Below, piece by piece: positions 1 through 13,669 of a stretch of DNA of 64,000 bases. Origin of the DNA: Botryllus schlosseri (taxonomy: Eukaryota); assembly GCA_051294905.1 (NCBI GenBank), contig CM119371.1:3784001-3848000 (forward strand), given 5' to 3'. The notes beneath the pieces are model-generated. The model had not been told where the DNA came from and did not search any database. It saw only the letters and a program-made list of their open reading frames with translations. Both the position numbers and the translations under genes were made by a program. Each line of letters opens with the position of its first letter. The first letter of the stretch is position 1.

Positions 1-337
1 TACATGATACCATGCCATAGACTGCAGGTCTGTCAGATGTAATACAATTTTATATATATCAATACGCTAGTGCATTGCTTTTCAACCTTTTTGAACACCA
101 TCAGCACTTTTTTCTGCAAGATGAATTTCATGGCAACAAACCAACCGAAAATTGGTATACAAAAAGAAAATGTAGATACTTAACAAGATTTTGTTTATAT
201 GTGCAAGAATTAGTCGACTGGTTCAGGCTATTAAATGTCTCATTAAAAATACCACCCTATTCCGTAGTTTCGATTTCAACTATAGTGCACTAAACCCTTT
301 TCGGCGAAATAAGTGTTCAGTTTTGTACAAGAATTTC

Positions 338-630
338 TAGTCCTTGGATATCCAGGTGTTTATAAGAACCATCCCGCACTCCTATCCAGAATACAGCGTC
401 TTTTCCATGTGCAAAAAAAGGTTTCCGACAAAGGTCTCACAACGTCCAGTTCGTCGAATGGCTGCAAAACCCGCATGTCTGCTTCAATGCTTCTCTCATA
501 GGACTTGGAAAGTAAGCTCCAAAACTAACATGAAGAATAAGCACATATGAGCTGGACACCTTGTGATACGCTGATAAACAGTGACCTTGGATATATAAAA
601 ACAATGTGCAAGAAATTCCACAAATTTTAC
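338..630 (-). pseudogene. Degenerate C-type-lectin-like exon
   Basis: tatgcag acceptor. Frameshifted pieces RCPAH / YSSC*FWSLLSKSYERSIE / HAGFAAI / GKDAVFWIGVRDGSYK follow CTLD motif order (CP..SCY..KSW..A..LA.I..WIG). Confidence 0.45.
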
Positions 631-729
631 CTGCATATTATCAGCACACTTAGGTGGCGTGCAGACTCAAAATTATACCATTTGCAACCCATACTTTGAG
701 GAGCCGTGACGGGGACAGAATTTAAATAG

Positions 730-810
730 TATATTCATATTGAAATGAACCCGAATATTTTCGGCTGACACTCGTCAGGGGTAATCGTCAGCAACTAGTA
801 GAGAATTGGA
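730..810 (+). repeat. Short ~80-bp dispersed repeat (inverted at 9730-9805; both arms at 54640-54778)
   Basis: atattgaaatgaacccga.tattttcggctgacactc motif. Confidence 0.75.
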
Positions 811-2134
811 AAGAACATTGTATATCAACAGACAGAATTTGCTTTACAGAAACTTGCAAGTGTGAGTCTGTGAGGATGGTATGTATTACTATCTTCGTGC
901 CTCGTGCTAATCGAACCATTTGTACGAAAATATGATGATTTTCCAGAGAATTAAAGCAGAAATTCATTTTTAAGTCATTAATCCCGCGTGTCGCAAGCTC
1001 AGAGTTAGCTGTGTACTGCAGCCTATACATGCCACTACACTCGGTTTTGTACCACACTTTTTAGTAGGTAATAAATGCAGCGCACAAATAGTAATTCACT
1101 ATGGCTGGCGTGAGACAAAGTTATTGTAAAAGAGACGAATAGGTCAAACACGTTTTTGCATTTACGTTTCAATGACCAAGGTTATGGAGACACTGCACTC
1201 GAATTTCCTATCAGGTTTATTTAAATTATTCCACGCCAGAACAAGTACGGTGACAATTATTCACTATTTTCATCCGCATTCATCTGCATCGATTTATAAA
1301 TTCGTAATGTATTTATCTGCGTCTTGTCATGACAGAGTTCATGCTCTACTTTGGTCTTGGCATACATCACAATTCACAATAATGTAATTGCTGGACCAAG
1401 CTTTTTGAAAGTAACCTACCTTTCAACTACTTGAAGAATATTTATATGTGATTGTGTAACCGAAGAAGACTTGTAAACCAAATCCTTACATATTGACTCT
1501 ATCTTTTGGAGAGATCTGTGAGTATATAATGTAGTCTGGAGTCTAGCCCACACCAAAGTTGTTGCCTTTTGAAAAGAAATCCAAGAATCTAAATCAAGTT
1601 AGTGCTTTTTAATAGAGCCACATACAACGAGTGTGATATCAAAAAGGCACTAGCAACCGTCTAATTAAAATGAGCCTCTGATATTTGCTTTCAAGTTGCA
1701 CACTTGCTTTATATACGATTTAGGTTGATTTTGACTTTTGATGACTGGTGTATAGAGTATGGCGGCACCACAATACTGAAAAGCTTGTGTTGGATATTGG
1801 CCCTCATGTACCAGGTCGAACGAGACATTACCTGCCGCGATACGAATTCCTCTTGTTCTAATTTTCATGATTTCGGTTCTTCTGTTGAGTGGGAATCCTT
1901 TTCATATCAGTACTGCTCACTGCTTGATACGCTTGAATCTCTTTCACGTTCAGGATCTTGCCTGGAATGGCAGCCATAGATTTATTTACAGACAGACTTG
2001 TACAAACTACCAATCTAGTTAGTTGGTGATCAACTGACTACCGATTATTCACTTAGATCTAGTTGCGGATTTTGAAAAGCGATTAGTTCTAGTTCTAGCT
2101 CATGTTACGGATTTCATAAGGTTAGTAGTGATAG

Positions 2135-2629
2135 CAGGGTTTTAATGACTCATCTCGAGTCACGATTTTTGGTGAACCGACTGGACTTCAGTATTTTCTA
2201 CAAATGCATAAAATGACTCCAATCGACTCGAGTTATTTTGTGCATTGACTCAACTTGTACCTGAGTCATTATACATGACTCAAGACTAGGACGACCTAGA
2301 CAGACATTTCATTGTGACTTCAAAAAATAGTTATGTAATCATATTATTGGTATTTCGGTCATCGGTCCTGATACTTGTAAAATGGGGTCAGGAACTGTTA
2401 GAATTGAGGAAAATTAAGATATTATGAATGCGGGCAATTCTATATCACTAGAGCACAGTTGAAAAAGTGGGTTGAATCGGATTGAGATCAAAACTTAACA
2501 GTGAACACAATGACATGGACTCGGAATTGACTCGATGTTGTATTGAAAATGACTCGAATTGACTCGAGTCAAAACTATAAAAGTGAATTGACTTTTGACT
2601 CGGATTCTTGTGACTTGGTCACAATCCTG
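2135..2629. mobile_element. GACTCGAGTC-rich hAT MITE
   Basis: CAGGGTT...AATCCTG; homologous to 44811-45362; TSD AGTGATAG/AGTTCTAG. Confidence 0.75.
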
Positions 2630-4441
2630 AGTTCTAGTTCCACAATTATAAAATAAACAACTAGAAAACACGCGTTTTCTTATGAAGTAAATCAAGATAC
2701 CGTGGTTCTGTCGTGATAGGTTCTTACGGTCATCACTACTGACATGGGCATAGCCTGGGTTTGAGGGTCGAAACCCCTGCCATTCGACGCTCGAAACCCG
2801 GTCTCATTTGCAATGAAAGTTTGTATTATCATCAGAGTTAGTTGTGTTTTATTTAGTTAGTATGGGGTTTCCTAAGGCTGTTAGTTCTAGATGTACTTGT
2901 AGTTGCGAGTTTTGCAATAGCCGCAATAGTCAATTATAAGTAAACACGGACACATCTACTTACATTTGGGTGTCATTTCAGCACGTCGACACATTTTGTC
3001 ACTTCTCCGAGGTCTTGATTTGAACGAGAGCGCATCCCTTGGCCACTTTCGCAATTGAAGTCCCGAAATACCCATCTCTTGTGGATCCTGTCCAAATCTC
3101 GGGAAAGTCGCGGTCTTTTGGTTTTTTTAGACTAAAAAACAGAACAAATTGCCAAAAAGTTGGAAATTGGGCGAAGGGAGGACAGTTTTTGAAAATGAAG
3201 GACAAATTATCCTACATGAGGACTTATAATTGTGAATTCATGCTTTGTATTTGAGAAGCCTTACCGACTACTTTAACCATACTGTCCACTTTTCCAGTTT
3301 CAGTCAAAATTTTACTGCGTCGCACATATATTACTCACAATGTTAGTGATGAAAACAGACATCAGTCTACACCGCACAAGAACCGCGGACTGCAGACAAA
3401 CTATCAATCTAGGTAGTCGACAGTAAACTAACTACTGGCTTTTTTGAGTACCGGCAGTTCTAGCTCTAGCTGCAAGTTTTGAAGACTTAGCAGTTCTAGT
3501 TCTAGTTTCGTGTTCTAAAAATCTAGTGGTTCAATCATGACTGGTGGACTACTGATTAGCAATACAATGAGATACGTAACAAAATAAGCTCTGCCTTGGC
3601 ATAGAAAATCCGAGGAAGCCTTGGTAAACTGTTAGGGGTGAGAAGAATGACTATTATCGTGGTTGTTACTGGTAGTGGTGGGAAAACGCAAATATTTTGC
3701 TATGAAATCATTGGTGTGTCAATAAATATGATTCATAATTTACTTATTTTTTCACCTCATATTTCATTCGGACATTGATGTTTGTCAGATTACGACCGAT
3801 CCGTTTAGATTGTCGTGCAAACGTCTTTTACGACAGAAATTCTGATGCACCAGAGGAACAGCCTTTCAAATGAGGTGTTAAGTATGATGATCTTGTGATT
3901 GTAATCAACTGCAATATAATCAGAAGTGGTTGTATAAAGTAGAACCAGTAAATCTATCAATACATAGAAAGCACAGTACCCGACTATATTGATATATTTC
4001 CTATAGTTTACAGGCACAAATGGTCAAGATGTCCTCGGTGTTACTCAGGTAGAAGTAACGTCATACATTTCTACTAATGCACAATTCAAATTAGAGTATG
4101 TTAGTTAGAAGGTAAATGCCAGTTTTGCTCAGAAACTGAGAGCTGTTCATGTAGTTTAAGGAGACCAAAAGCTATTTAGGATTTTATTACCGTCAAAAAT
4201 TAAAATGACTTCATCACTGACCACCACTGCATGCATAGGACCAGATTCCGTTTTCTAGTTTATTTCACGTCCAAGCTTAGCAGTGGTTGTGTGTGCTTGA
4301 AACGAGATGAAATATATTTTGAATGTCGGATGCAGCATTGGCATTATCAGCGAATGTGTAGTTTGATCGGTAGCTGATGAAATATCCGGTAATGGTCAGG
4401 CTCTATTTCAACACACAATGGCAGGGAGCAGACTTGTACAC

Positions 4442-5060
4442 TAGGGCTGTTCAAAAATAACTTTTTTTCCTGAATCTTGCTGGTTACTTGATTAAATCGT
4501 TAGGTTGCCTTAAAAAACGACGCATACCAAATTTGAATTCATTCCGACAAATATTCGCGGGTTACGTAGAGTTTGAAAATTTTGGATTTGCCCAAAAACG
4601 CAAAAAAAAAATTTTCTCAAATTTTTTTGCCAACCCCATGAAATTGTTGGGCTGTCTTCAAAACCTATGCAAAACAAATTTGACTCAATTCCTAGCTGTA
4701 GAACCGGAGTTATTTCAGTTTTTATTCGAAAATTCTGGGATTATCCTTGATTGGTGGATAATCCATGAATTATCACCGAAAAACTGGAATAACTCCGCTT
4801 CTACGGCTTGGAATTGAGTCAAATTTGTTTTGCATAGTTTTTGAAGACAGCCCAACAATTTCATGGGGTTGGCAAAAAAATTTGAGAATTTTTTTTTTTT
4901 GCGTTTTTGGGCAAATCCAAAATTTTCAAACTCTACGTAACCCGCGAATATTTGTCGGAATGAATTCAAATTTGGTATGCGTCGTTTTTTAAGGCAACCT
5001 AACGATTTAATCAAGTAACCAGCAAGATTCAGGAAAAAAAGTTATTTTTGAACAGCCCTA
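4442..5060. mobile_element. Near-perfect 619-bp palindromic hAT-type MITE
   Basis: TAGGGCTGTTC...GAACAGCCCTA termini and perfect 8-bp TSD TTGTACAC. It accounts for the mirror ORFs 4488-4817 and 4715-5014. Confidence 0.95.
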
Positions 5061-6656
5061 TTGTACACCCTACTCATTTTCCAAACTAGCAACTAGAACT
5101 ACTTATTTTTAAAAACTAGAAACTAGAACTACTTAATTTTCAAAACTAGTAACTGGAATTACTCATTTTTTTAAATCCGCCACTAGAAATAGAAATATAA
5201 TTGCTCAATTTTTAAAAAATTAGCTATTTGAGTTAGACTGGAACTACGTTCTTTTCAAAATCTGTAACTAGAACTGGAACTAGAACTACTTAATTTTCAA
5301 AACTAGTAACTAAAATTACTCAATTTTAAAATTTGCCACTAGAAATATGAATGCACATTTCCTTGTAATTCCAGCTTCAACATTTCTTATTACTTTTTTT
5401 CATTATCAGAAAACAGATTGCCACGATTCAAGAATGATGGCAATTACTTCTCAACTCCACATGTCTAGAAGCAGACTTGGACAAAAAGAAAATTTTCAGC
5501 TTTTCCGAATTCGATCAGAATTAGAATTAGAGCTACACAAGGTTCTCCAAATTAGATTAGAATTAGAATAACTGAGTTCGCAAAAACTTGGAAATTGAAT
5601 GAAATTGTGATTAGGAAATGAATACTGCAAATATCAGTCCATATCAAATCACAATGCATTCCCATAACTATGATAATAGTTATCGTCGCTAGCCCTACAC
5701 CAAGCTTGGTTCGTATTTTACTATACCAGGGGTCACCGCAATCGCCGCCGTCGATCTTATTTGAGATTTCGAAAGTACGCTAAATAGAGCATTTCGAAAT
5801 GCTAAAATTGATTTCAGTTTCAAATTTTTGTTGTTGCTTCAAGATAAGCTATCCACCTGTGCCCAACAACACTATTCGACACTAGCTGAAACGGCTTCCG
5901 CGATGGCAACAGCATTCTATCGAGGGATATCTGCTTATATCAATAAGCATATTGCCTTGACATGCAATGGCTCAGACACTGCATAGACAGATACGCATAA
6001 AAAGCGGCCTATGGCGTCACAACAAGATCAATCTTTAGGATGAGATAGTCTTTCGGATTATATTAAAATTCGATTACTGGCATTTCACTCACTACCGCTG
6101 AGAAGTGACATACTGAATGGTGTTGATAGAGAAAACCAACTACAAGTGTTTGGAAAGCAAATTGATCTCTTTACAAACCAGTGATAACCTCTCTTCACGT
6201 TTTTGTGGATGGGATTCGCTCATACCACTTTGCTAACACAACCAACATGACAAATACTATTTCCAATTGCAGGATGTGGCGTAGGTAAAACATTTTTGTA
6301 TCGGGTACAGTTCACAGAAGGTTTAACGTAAAATCACTGGATGGCACATTTCTTATCACCTTGTTAGGTCTTCTGAGATAACTGAAATCAAACAAACCTG
6401 TCAAGCATCGCTCTGGTGGCTTTAATTGGCCACACTCACAGTATTTGGTTTGCCATCTTTTTTCTTGAGTGACCGAATCTTCACAAGATATTCTCTTGAA
6501 ACGAAGTCTGTCGTGATCCGTTTAGTATCCGAATCATTTGAGAAGTCACTTTCGAATTCTTGCTTCCGTTCTGTGAGACATTTCGCTGCAAACTGTTGTT
6601 TGATTTCATCATCCTACAAAAAAAGGAATCAGTTGATATGACCATAGCACCTAGGC

Positions 6657-9122
6657 CAGTGGTTCTCAACCTTTTTGACCTCGCGGCACACTTCGAAAAT
6701 TAAAAATAGTTCGCGGCACACTAGCACAGTGGTTCCGAACTCTTTTGGCTTATGGCACAGGCAAACTACCAGAATGCGTATAGCAGCAACCACCGTTTTA
6801 CAGAGGTGTTCACTGACGATTGACGAAGTACTGCTACCTTTTCGGAGCACTCAAGTAGGCGTTTCTCTGCGTGAGTTTTCTTCTATCTCTGCGGACATCT
6901 CACAAATGCAGGGGTTCTCAACCTGGGGGGCGCGGGAGGCTCTCAGGGAGGCGCGAGAAATTGACAAAGTCTGTGTAAATTGTGACTAGACATGTGTTTC
7001 ACAACCATTCTGAAAAGACGATTGTTGAAGAATAAACTTATTTCGTATTCTAGAAAGCTTGCCAAACTCAAACTGAAGAAGGAATTTGTGCGGACGTCGA
7101 TGCCTAATTCAATTAGTACGTGTTGGCGGGCGTAGACATGCGAATTTCAATTACGAATTCACTCCCGAATTTTCAAGAGATTTTAATGAATCCTAAAATT
7201 TTCTTCGCGCTCCGCGCGATTCAACAAGACTTAATTTTTCTATTTTAATGCAGTAGCCCTCTTCTTAATTTGAGCCGGAATGGGAATCGTCAAGAAGTAA
7301 CAATACATTCGCGGCTCTGAAAAATATGCACTCCCAGTATCTATTCAGAACATTGCCACTCGCGATTTCGATGCGTACAATTGGCCGTTGTGAAAAGTAG
7401 AATAGTCCGGAGTTCACCGGGAATGGATATGGACAGTTTACAATAGGTATTTTGCGTCCCGATAGTTCATTGCGGCTATGCCCTGGAATGCGGCCTTAGG
7501 CTACATAAGTAATAGAAATGCGACCATGATTAGCAGAAATGTTGCCCATCTCTGTATTAAATGATGTGCTCTTTTTGACATGACGATGAATGCAAGGGGG
7601 GTCAAGGGGGTGCGATATTTTTGACCATCGCCAAGGGGGGCGCGTGTCAAAAAAGGTTGAGAACCGCTGCACAAATGCATCTACGAATGGTATCATTTGA
7701 CATGGGAATCGTTTTCAATTCTTCCCAAACATTTTTTTACAATTTTATTGCGGGCCGGAAGAAGAGCTTTCTCCGTTTACGTGTGAGGTTTTGAATTATC
7801 AGCTATTACCTCTGTTACCACATAACTGGCCTGCTGAGATCTCGATTAAACTTCAGGTTCAGCTTAATTTCATAAGATTGACTTGACAATAAAGTCTGCC
7901 CACTACCGCATTGTCGATGTAATTAACCATCGCATCGAAGAGTCCATCACGATCGCCACTAACAAATACAAAGGTGTTTATACAATATACATGGATGCCA
8001 AACGCATTTCCACGCAGATCGTGTAAGAGCACATGTGAGGATAGTATACCTCAATAATCTTACTGGCAGCCACCCGCAGTTCACCTGTAGTTCCAACAAA
8101 TCGGAAAAATAAACCTTAGCAGCGGGGAAATTTGTAACTGATATAATTTGATCAACTTTACTTATCGATTCTCGAATTTGTCGCCTGTAACATAACATTG
8201 CGCACTGAGCCTACATTTTACCTGCAGTGCTGACACGCTACCTAACAATCGTAATGTGAATGGCTATGTTGGCAATTCTAATTTTTAAACGTGAACATCA
8301 CTTTCAAATGAGTTACTTTCTCGATGGTGAGAACGCCTTCCTAGGTGTTGGAGGTTTATGTAGGCTCCTACTCGTCCTCCGATCTGCAAAGTGTCTTACA
8401 AAAAGTGAGCCGTGCTATAAGGTTGGCATCTCAGAAATCAAAATATGTAATATCGGCATGGTGTAAAATGATAATCGATGACGAAGACATGGCAAGAATA
8501 CGACTACAAATAGAAACATAAAACGGTCATCAACCTGCGTCACGGTTCTGACGGGAGTCACTTCGGCCACACCTCAATATCACTATAGATTACTAACCTA
8601 CGTCGTAGGTCGTCTTAGGTTAGTAATCTATATTATCCAATTACCCGAGTTTAGTTATCACCGTCCTTAATGCTACTGATGCTACTTAGCGGGCAAACTA
8701 GCATATCACACCCATTGACGGCGGAGGCCCCAATTTGATTCATGGCATGCAGTGCAGTAGCAATTACAAAGCGTGCAGATTTATTAGATTATCCGCCCCT
8801 ATACGTTGCTGTGCTCAGAGCGTCTTTACAATAAACAGCCCAGAGAAAGACCCAATCGATGACCTAATGGGGATGCCAGATTGAATTACTAGATTGAGAT
8901 ACCGTGACTACGGTCGCCTCGGCATCCTTATATCTGTTTACTGCATCGGATTGTGCATCGCGTGTCTTGATCGGGTAAATTCAATAGAAAAACCAACAAT
9001 GACACACTCAAAATTGGGATTTTTGTTAAACTTCGACATATTTTGCCACATTTGCTCGCGGCACACCTGATCAGTCCAATTGGCACACTAGTGTGCCGCG
9101 GCACACCGGTTGAGAACCACTG
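6657..9122. mobile_element. Non-autonomous hAT (Charlie-like) element
   Basis: CAGTGGTTCTCAACC...GGTTGAGAACCACTG termini; perfect 8-bp TSD ACCTAGGC. Confidence 0.9.
6909..7669. mobile_element. hAT MITE nested inside 6657-9122
   Basis: CAGGGGTTCTCAACC...GGTTGAGAACCGCTG termini; perfect TSD CACAAATG. Confidence 0.9.
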
Positions 9123-10359
9123 ACCTAGGCTATTAAAGACGTCAATAGTTTAGAGCAGTGGTTCTCACAGCTTTTAGAGCGCTTATGTGTTATTTTACAT
9201 CTCGCGACCTGAACGTCGCACATTGTAGAAATGCATTTCTGACACAAGTAAGCCTACGCGACGCTTTACGAGCATGTAGGAAATAGAGAAAGTGCAGACA
9301 AAAGACGATCAATATCAAAGTACCTTTACTTTTCCAGAGTACTCAAGTAGATTTTGCTTACTTCCAATTATGTTTAACCATATTTAGACCGCCCCACTTC
9401 CTTTTTCGACTTTTGATTTTGTAAACTAGAAAGTCGTTTTGTGATAGATTCCAAGCATTTTAGGTATAAATTTACATAATGTTCAAGTACAGCGTCTGTA
9501 TCAAGGTCTTTAAATATATATTTTCAAAAATGGTACCAATTACTAAAAATATTTCTTGACTCATTTTCGATTCAGTAATTTTCGTTATCATGTCTGCCAA
9601 TTAGCGACAAGCCAAAGTACACAGCGACATGCAATTTAGTTAGGACATTGAACGCTCTCGTATTCGGCATTTCGTTCTGGTGACGTTATATTTTGTGCTA
9701 CGATTGTTGATATACGATGTTCTTTTCAATTCTTTACTAGTTGCTGACGATTACCCCTGTTGAGTGGCAGTCGAAAATATTCGGGTTCATTTCAATATGA
9801 ATATACTTTTCAATAGTTAGTTAATTGCACATCTTTAAAGGTCCTACTTCTACTGCAAGTTTGGCATCTCAAAAATCATGTAGTTACACAAGTTTGATCA
9901 TAAGTGGTTATAGTTTCTGCCTCATTGGCTGAATGATGATCAATTGTTGTCAAGGAAGAGGAATGGCGGCAGAAAATTGAACAGATACTGTTGAAAGTTC
10001 ATGTAAAATATAACATCACAAATATCAACATCACTTGAAGTTTTACCTGTTTTCCAGTGACAATTCAACTATTGGCCTGTGATTGATCCCAAAATGTCGG
10101 GATTGATATTGAAACTTCTCAAAGCTTTTGAAGCGTGTTCGACTCTCTGTGCTAGAAGTTAATGAATGCGCATCAGAGCTATCTTCTAACTCCATGTATG
10201 TGAAAATTCTTCAGATCTCGCATCAGTCGAGATTCCGTCATAACTAGACCACGTCGATCTTTGTATTGGAACAAGAGAAACTCCTGAAAACACGGCATCA
10301 GTTTATCGAAACACTCATAGAGTTCACATGTTAGCCAATAGCAAAGAGCAGCTATACAG

Positions 10360-10672
10360 TAGGGCTGTTAAGAAATAACTTTTTTTCCGGATTCCAGCCA
10401 TTCACTGACTAAATTTTCATGTAACTCTGATAAAACGCTGCACACCAAATTTGGTATAAATCTAACAAGTATATGCAATTAAGCATCCGCCGATCCAATT
10501 AAAATTTTTAATTTATTTGGAAAAATTGAAAAAAAAAATCAAATTTTTCTGTCGACCCCATAAAATTGTTGTGCTGTCGTCTAAGACGATGCAAAACAAA
10601 TTTGACTCAATTCCGACTTGCAGAAGCGGAGGTATTTGAGTTTTTCGTTGATAAATCTCAGATTATCCTTGA
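10360..10672 (+). mobile_element. Truncated single arm of the TAGGGCTGTT MITE family
   Basis: Diverged homology to 4442-4750. Confidence 0.75.
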
Positions 10673-11855
10673 ATTGTGTAGCTTTAACTCCAATCTTAAT
10701 TTAAAAAAAAATCTAGTTATAATTCTAAATCAAGCGTAATTTGTAAAGCAATATGTAGCTTTCGGCTATCATTCTAATTCCAATCTAATTTGGATAAGTT
10801 GAAAATGATCTAATTGTCCAAATCTGGCTGAGAGAACCCCTGGACTGACCGTGTGAACCCCGGTTGGGAACCACTGTTTCAAGATAGCCTAATTAGAAAG
10901 CATGCTAATAGCTGTGATTCGGACATACCTTCAACTTTTTTTACACTTCTAGGAAGATTGTCATTTCAAAGGCGAGTTGTACGTGTGCATTTATTGGTTT
11001 GACCCGTTTCACATTATCAATCGTCGCACGTTTCTTCCATTCTATTGCGTTGAGTCGTTCAGTGGCTTGCGTTTCTACACAAAATCACAGCGTGTCAAGC
11101 GGTCAGCATCGCAATTCTCTACAAGTGTTAACCATAGGCGGCGACTTTCAAAATCACTTCACGCAGGGTTGTTATGACTCCATTTTCTGGTGACTCGACA
11201 TGACTCAAGTCATATTTTCAAATGACTCGACTTGAGTCAATTTTTGTAAGACTCGAATGACTTCAACCAAGTCACATGAATCAAGACTGGGACGGCCAAG
11301 ACAGAAATTTCATTGTAACCTCGAAGAATAGTAAAGTCACCACATTCACCACAAAACTGAACAGTGAACACAACTACTGTGTCTCCGCGCAGCGCTGATG
11401 GACGACCAAAAGGTCATGACGCATGCATTGTACATGTCAGCCGTGTTTCCATGACCACACCTAATCCAACCGTGTCTTAGTCGAACAAGGCTGACATGTG
11501 CGTTTTTATCGTACTTCTTCACTATAAATTTCACCACATCACAAGACTGCGATAAAATGACTCGGTAGGAAGGAGCCGATACGAATTGAATCGACCATTC
11601 AATCAAACAACCCACTTTGACCCGGAACATGTAGGTAGGCCGAAATTGGACATATAAAGATAGCCCTGGGAATGAGTTTTGGAAGTTGCAACACCTTGCA
11701 TTTAAAGCTCGATAGCCCGTCTTTTCGAAATGCCGATTCTATCTCCTATCTCCTCATTTGCAATTCAGTAGTTCGTAACACAGTATTATCAGTTGTTAGT
11801 TCATTGTGTTTGAGTTAGTGAGGTATCTGATTTTCACAAGTCGTTAGTTCCAAAT

Positions 11856-12801
11856 CAGTGATTCTGAAACGAGGGGGACGTGAAAGCATCTGAAGGGGGC
11901 GCGAAGCTGCAGTCAAATGAAAAAAAATGGTCGCACTCTGCGCGGTTTACCTCCAATTCATAATTATTGCTCTGTGTATAGGTCCGAATTTCATAGTAGA
12001 GGATTCTCACATCAACAGTCATGATTAGGGCCAACATTTTTTGACATGTCAAAAAACTCAAAATTAGGTCAAAATTGTCGCGTTAGGTCAAAAATTTCAC
12101 AATTTGTTTACAAAGTTTTAACTTTTTGCAACCAGCATTTCGTTCATATTGTAGATTTCGCACTGTCAGTAAACAGGTCTACCGTTGTAGACGGCCCATT
12201 GTCTAGTCATTGTGAATAATAAACATTCAATTGAAACAAATAGGCCGACATGATGTCATGCTCAACGCACCGCAATACCCCAGCTGAAGCAACACTGCAT
12301 GGGCATTGCATTGTTCTTATATCAAGTCATGTCAAGAAGGGTTGTACTTCTACACATTTTAATTATTTCTAACATAATACGTAATGTAACTACTGCAATT
12401 CTTGATAGGGCCAGATTTCGGTCAAATGATTTTTTTCAAGTAAAAATTTGTGAGTTATTGAGGCGGAAAAGTATTGTCAGGCTAAACTACTCGGTCAGGA
12501 CAGACAGTTCCAACCAGAAGTGAAGATAAGTAGTAGCCCATAGTTCTAACGTTATGTGGAAAAACACCTAATTTGCATATGTTACGTCGAATTTGATTAG
12601 AATTAGATTTTTTAGGTCAAAATCTTTCATTTTTTTAGGTACAAAAAATCAACCTAGTCAAAACCATCCATGTCATCAAACTCTCCGTTGGGATTGCCAG
12701 CATTCTGATTGCACTAGTGATATGACGATAAGGGGGGGGGGGGGTAGTAAAATTTTTCACTCTCAAAAGGGGGGCGTGTCAAAAAACTTTAAGAACAGCC
12801 G
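11856..12801. mobile_element. Older hAT MITE inserted in one copy of a local duplication
   Basis: Decayed CAGTG termini, TSD TTCCAAAT/TTCTAGAT; the empty site is present in the paralog at ~15990. Confidence 0.75.
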
Positions 12802-13669
12802 TTCTAGATCTAATTGAAGTTGCAAATTTTGCGAAACGAGTACAGATTTTGGAAATCCAGTAGTTTGTTAAAGTCTGGTTACGGCGCCGGAATAGTGATT
12901 TGAAATTACGTTAGATATGAACGAGTCTACCAACGTTTTCCTTACCATTCAGTGAGTCGATATAATTGGCTACTTTGTCGAAGGTGAGGTCTTGGATTGG
13001 ACGAGGGCATGTCCAATGCCGATGGTGGAATCGATGGCGATCTGAATAGAAGATGTCGAAAATGTGATAGCAACGTATTGAAATATATGAATATGTGTCG
13101 GAAAATCATGTACAATTGTCGATGTATCTGAGATCTGATGACCGTACGTACCACACACTTGATATCAAGAAAGAAGCATCGATTTTCTCATTAAATTCAA
13201 CTTTTTGATATTTGCTGTCGACTTCCCCACACTTGCAACAAACAAATTTTGAGTTCAGTTTGATGTTTGGATGACTGTTATAGAGCAGTGGTCGCAACCT
13301 GTTGGGCCATAATCCCAAGCAGGGTCGTCGTAAATTTCTCTGGCGTCGCCATGACTCAACATGTCTATCACTGTATCAATTCAATGATGAAAATCGGCTA
13401 ATAGTTTAATGTTCTTATTCTATACTTAGTTTAGTTACAGCAAGTAGGCGTGCGGTACTAGCTCTCAACGGATGATGTTCAGCCAGGTGGATTTCTGTCT
13501 GAAGCAATCTTAAAATGGCCTTCACTTTATCATATTTGTCAGTTGGTCGGACCGATTCTGAGATGCCAACCGTTGAATATTGAGGCAAATCTATCCATAG
13601 CGGCAAGTCTTAAGCTGTGATATACAAGCGTGTTTGTGAAAGCACAGCCTGTTGTAGTGGCATGTCGGA

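Noticed and set aside
4488..5014. Mirror-image ORFs of 109 and 99 aa
   Set aside because: By-product of the palindromic MITE; no protein features.
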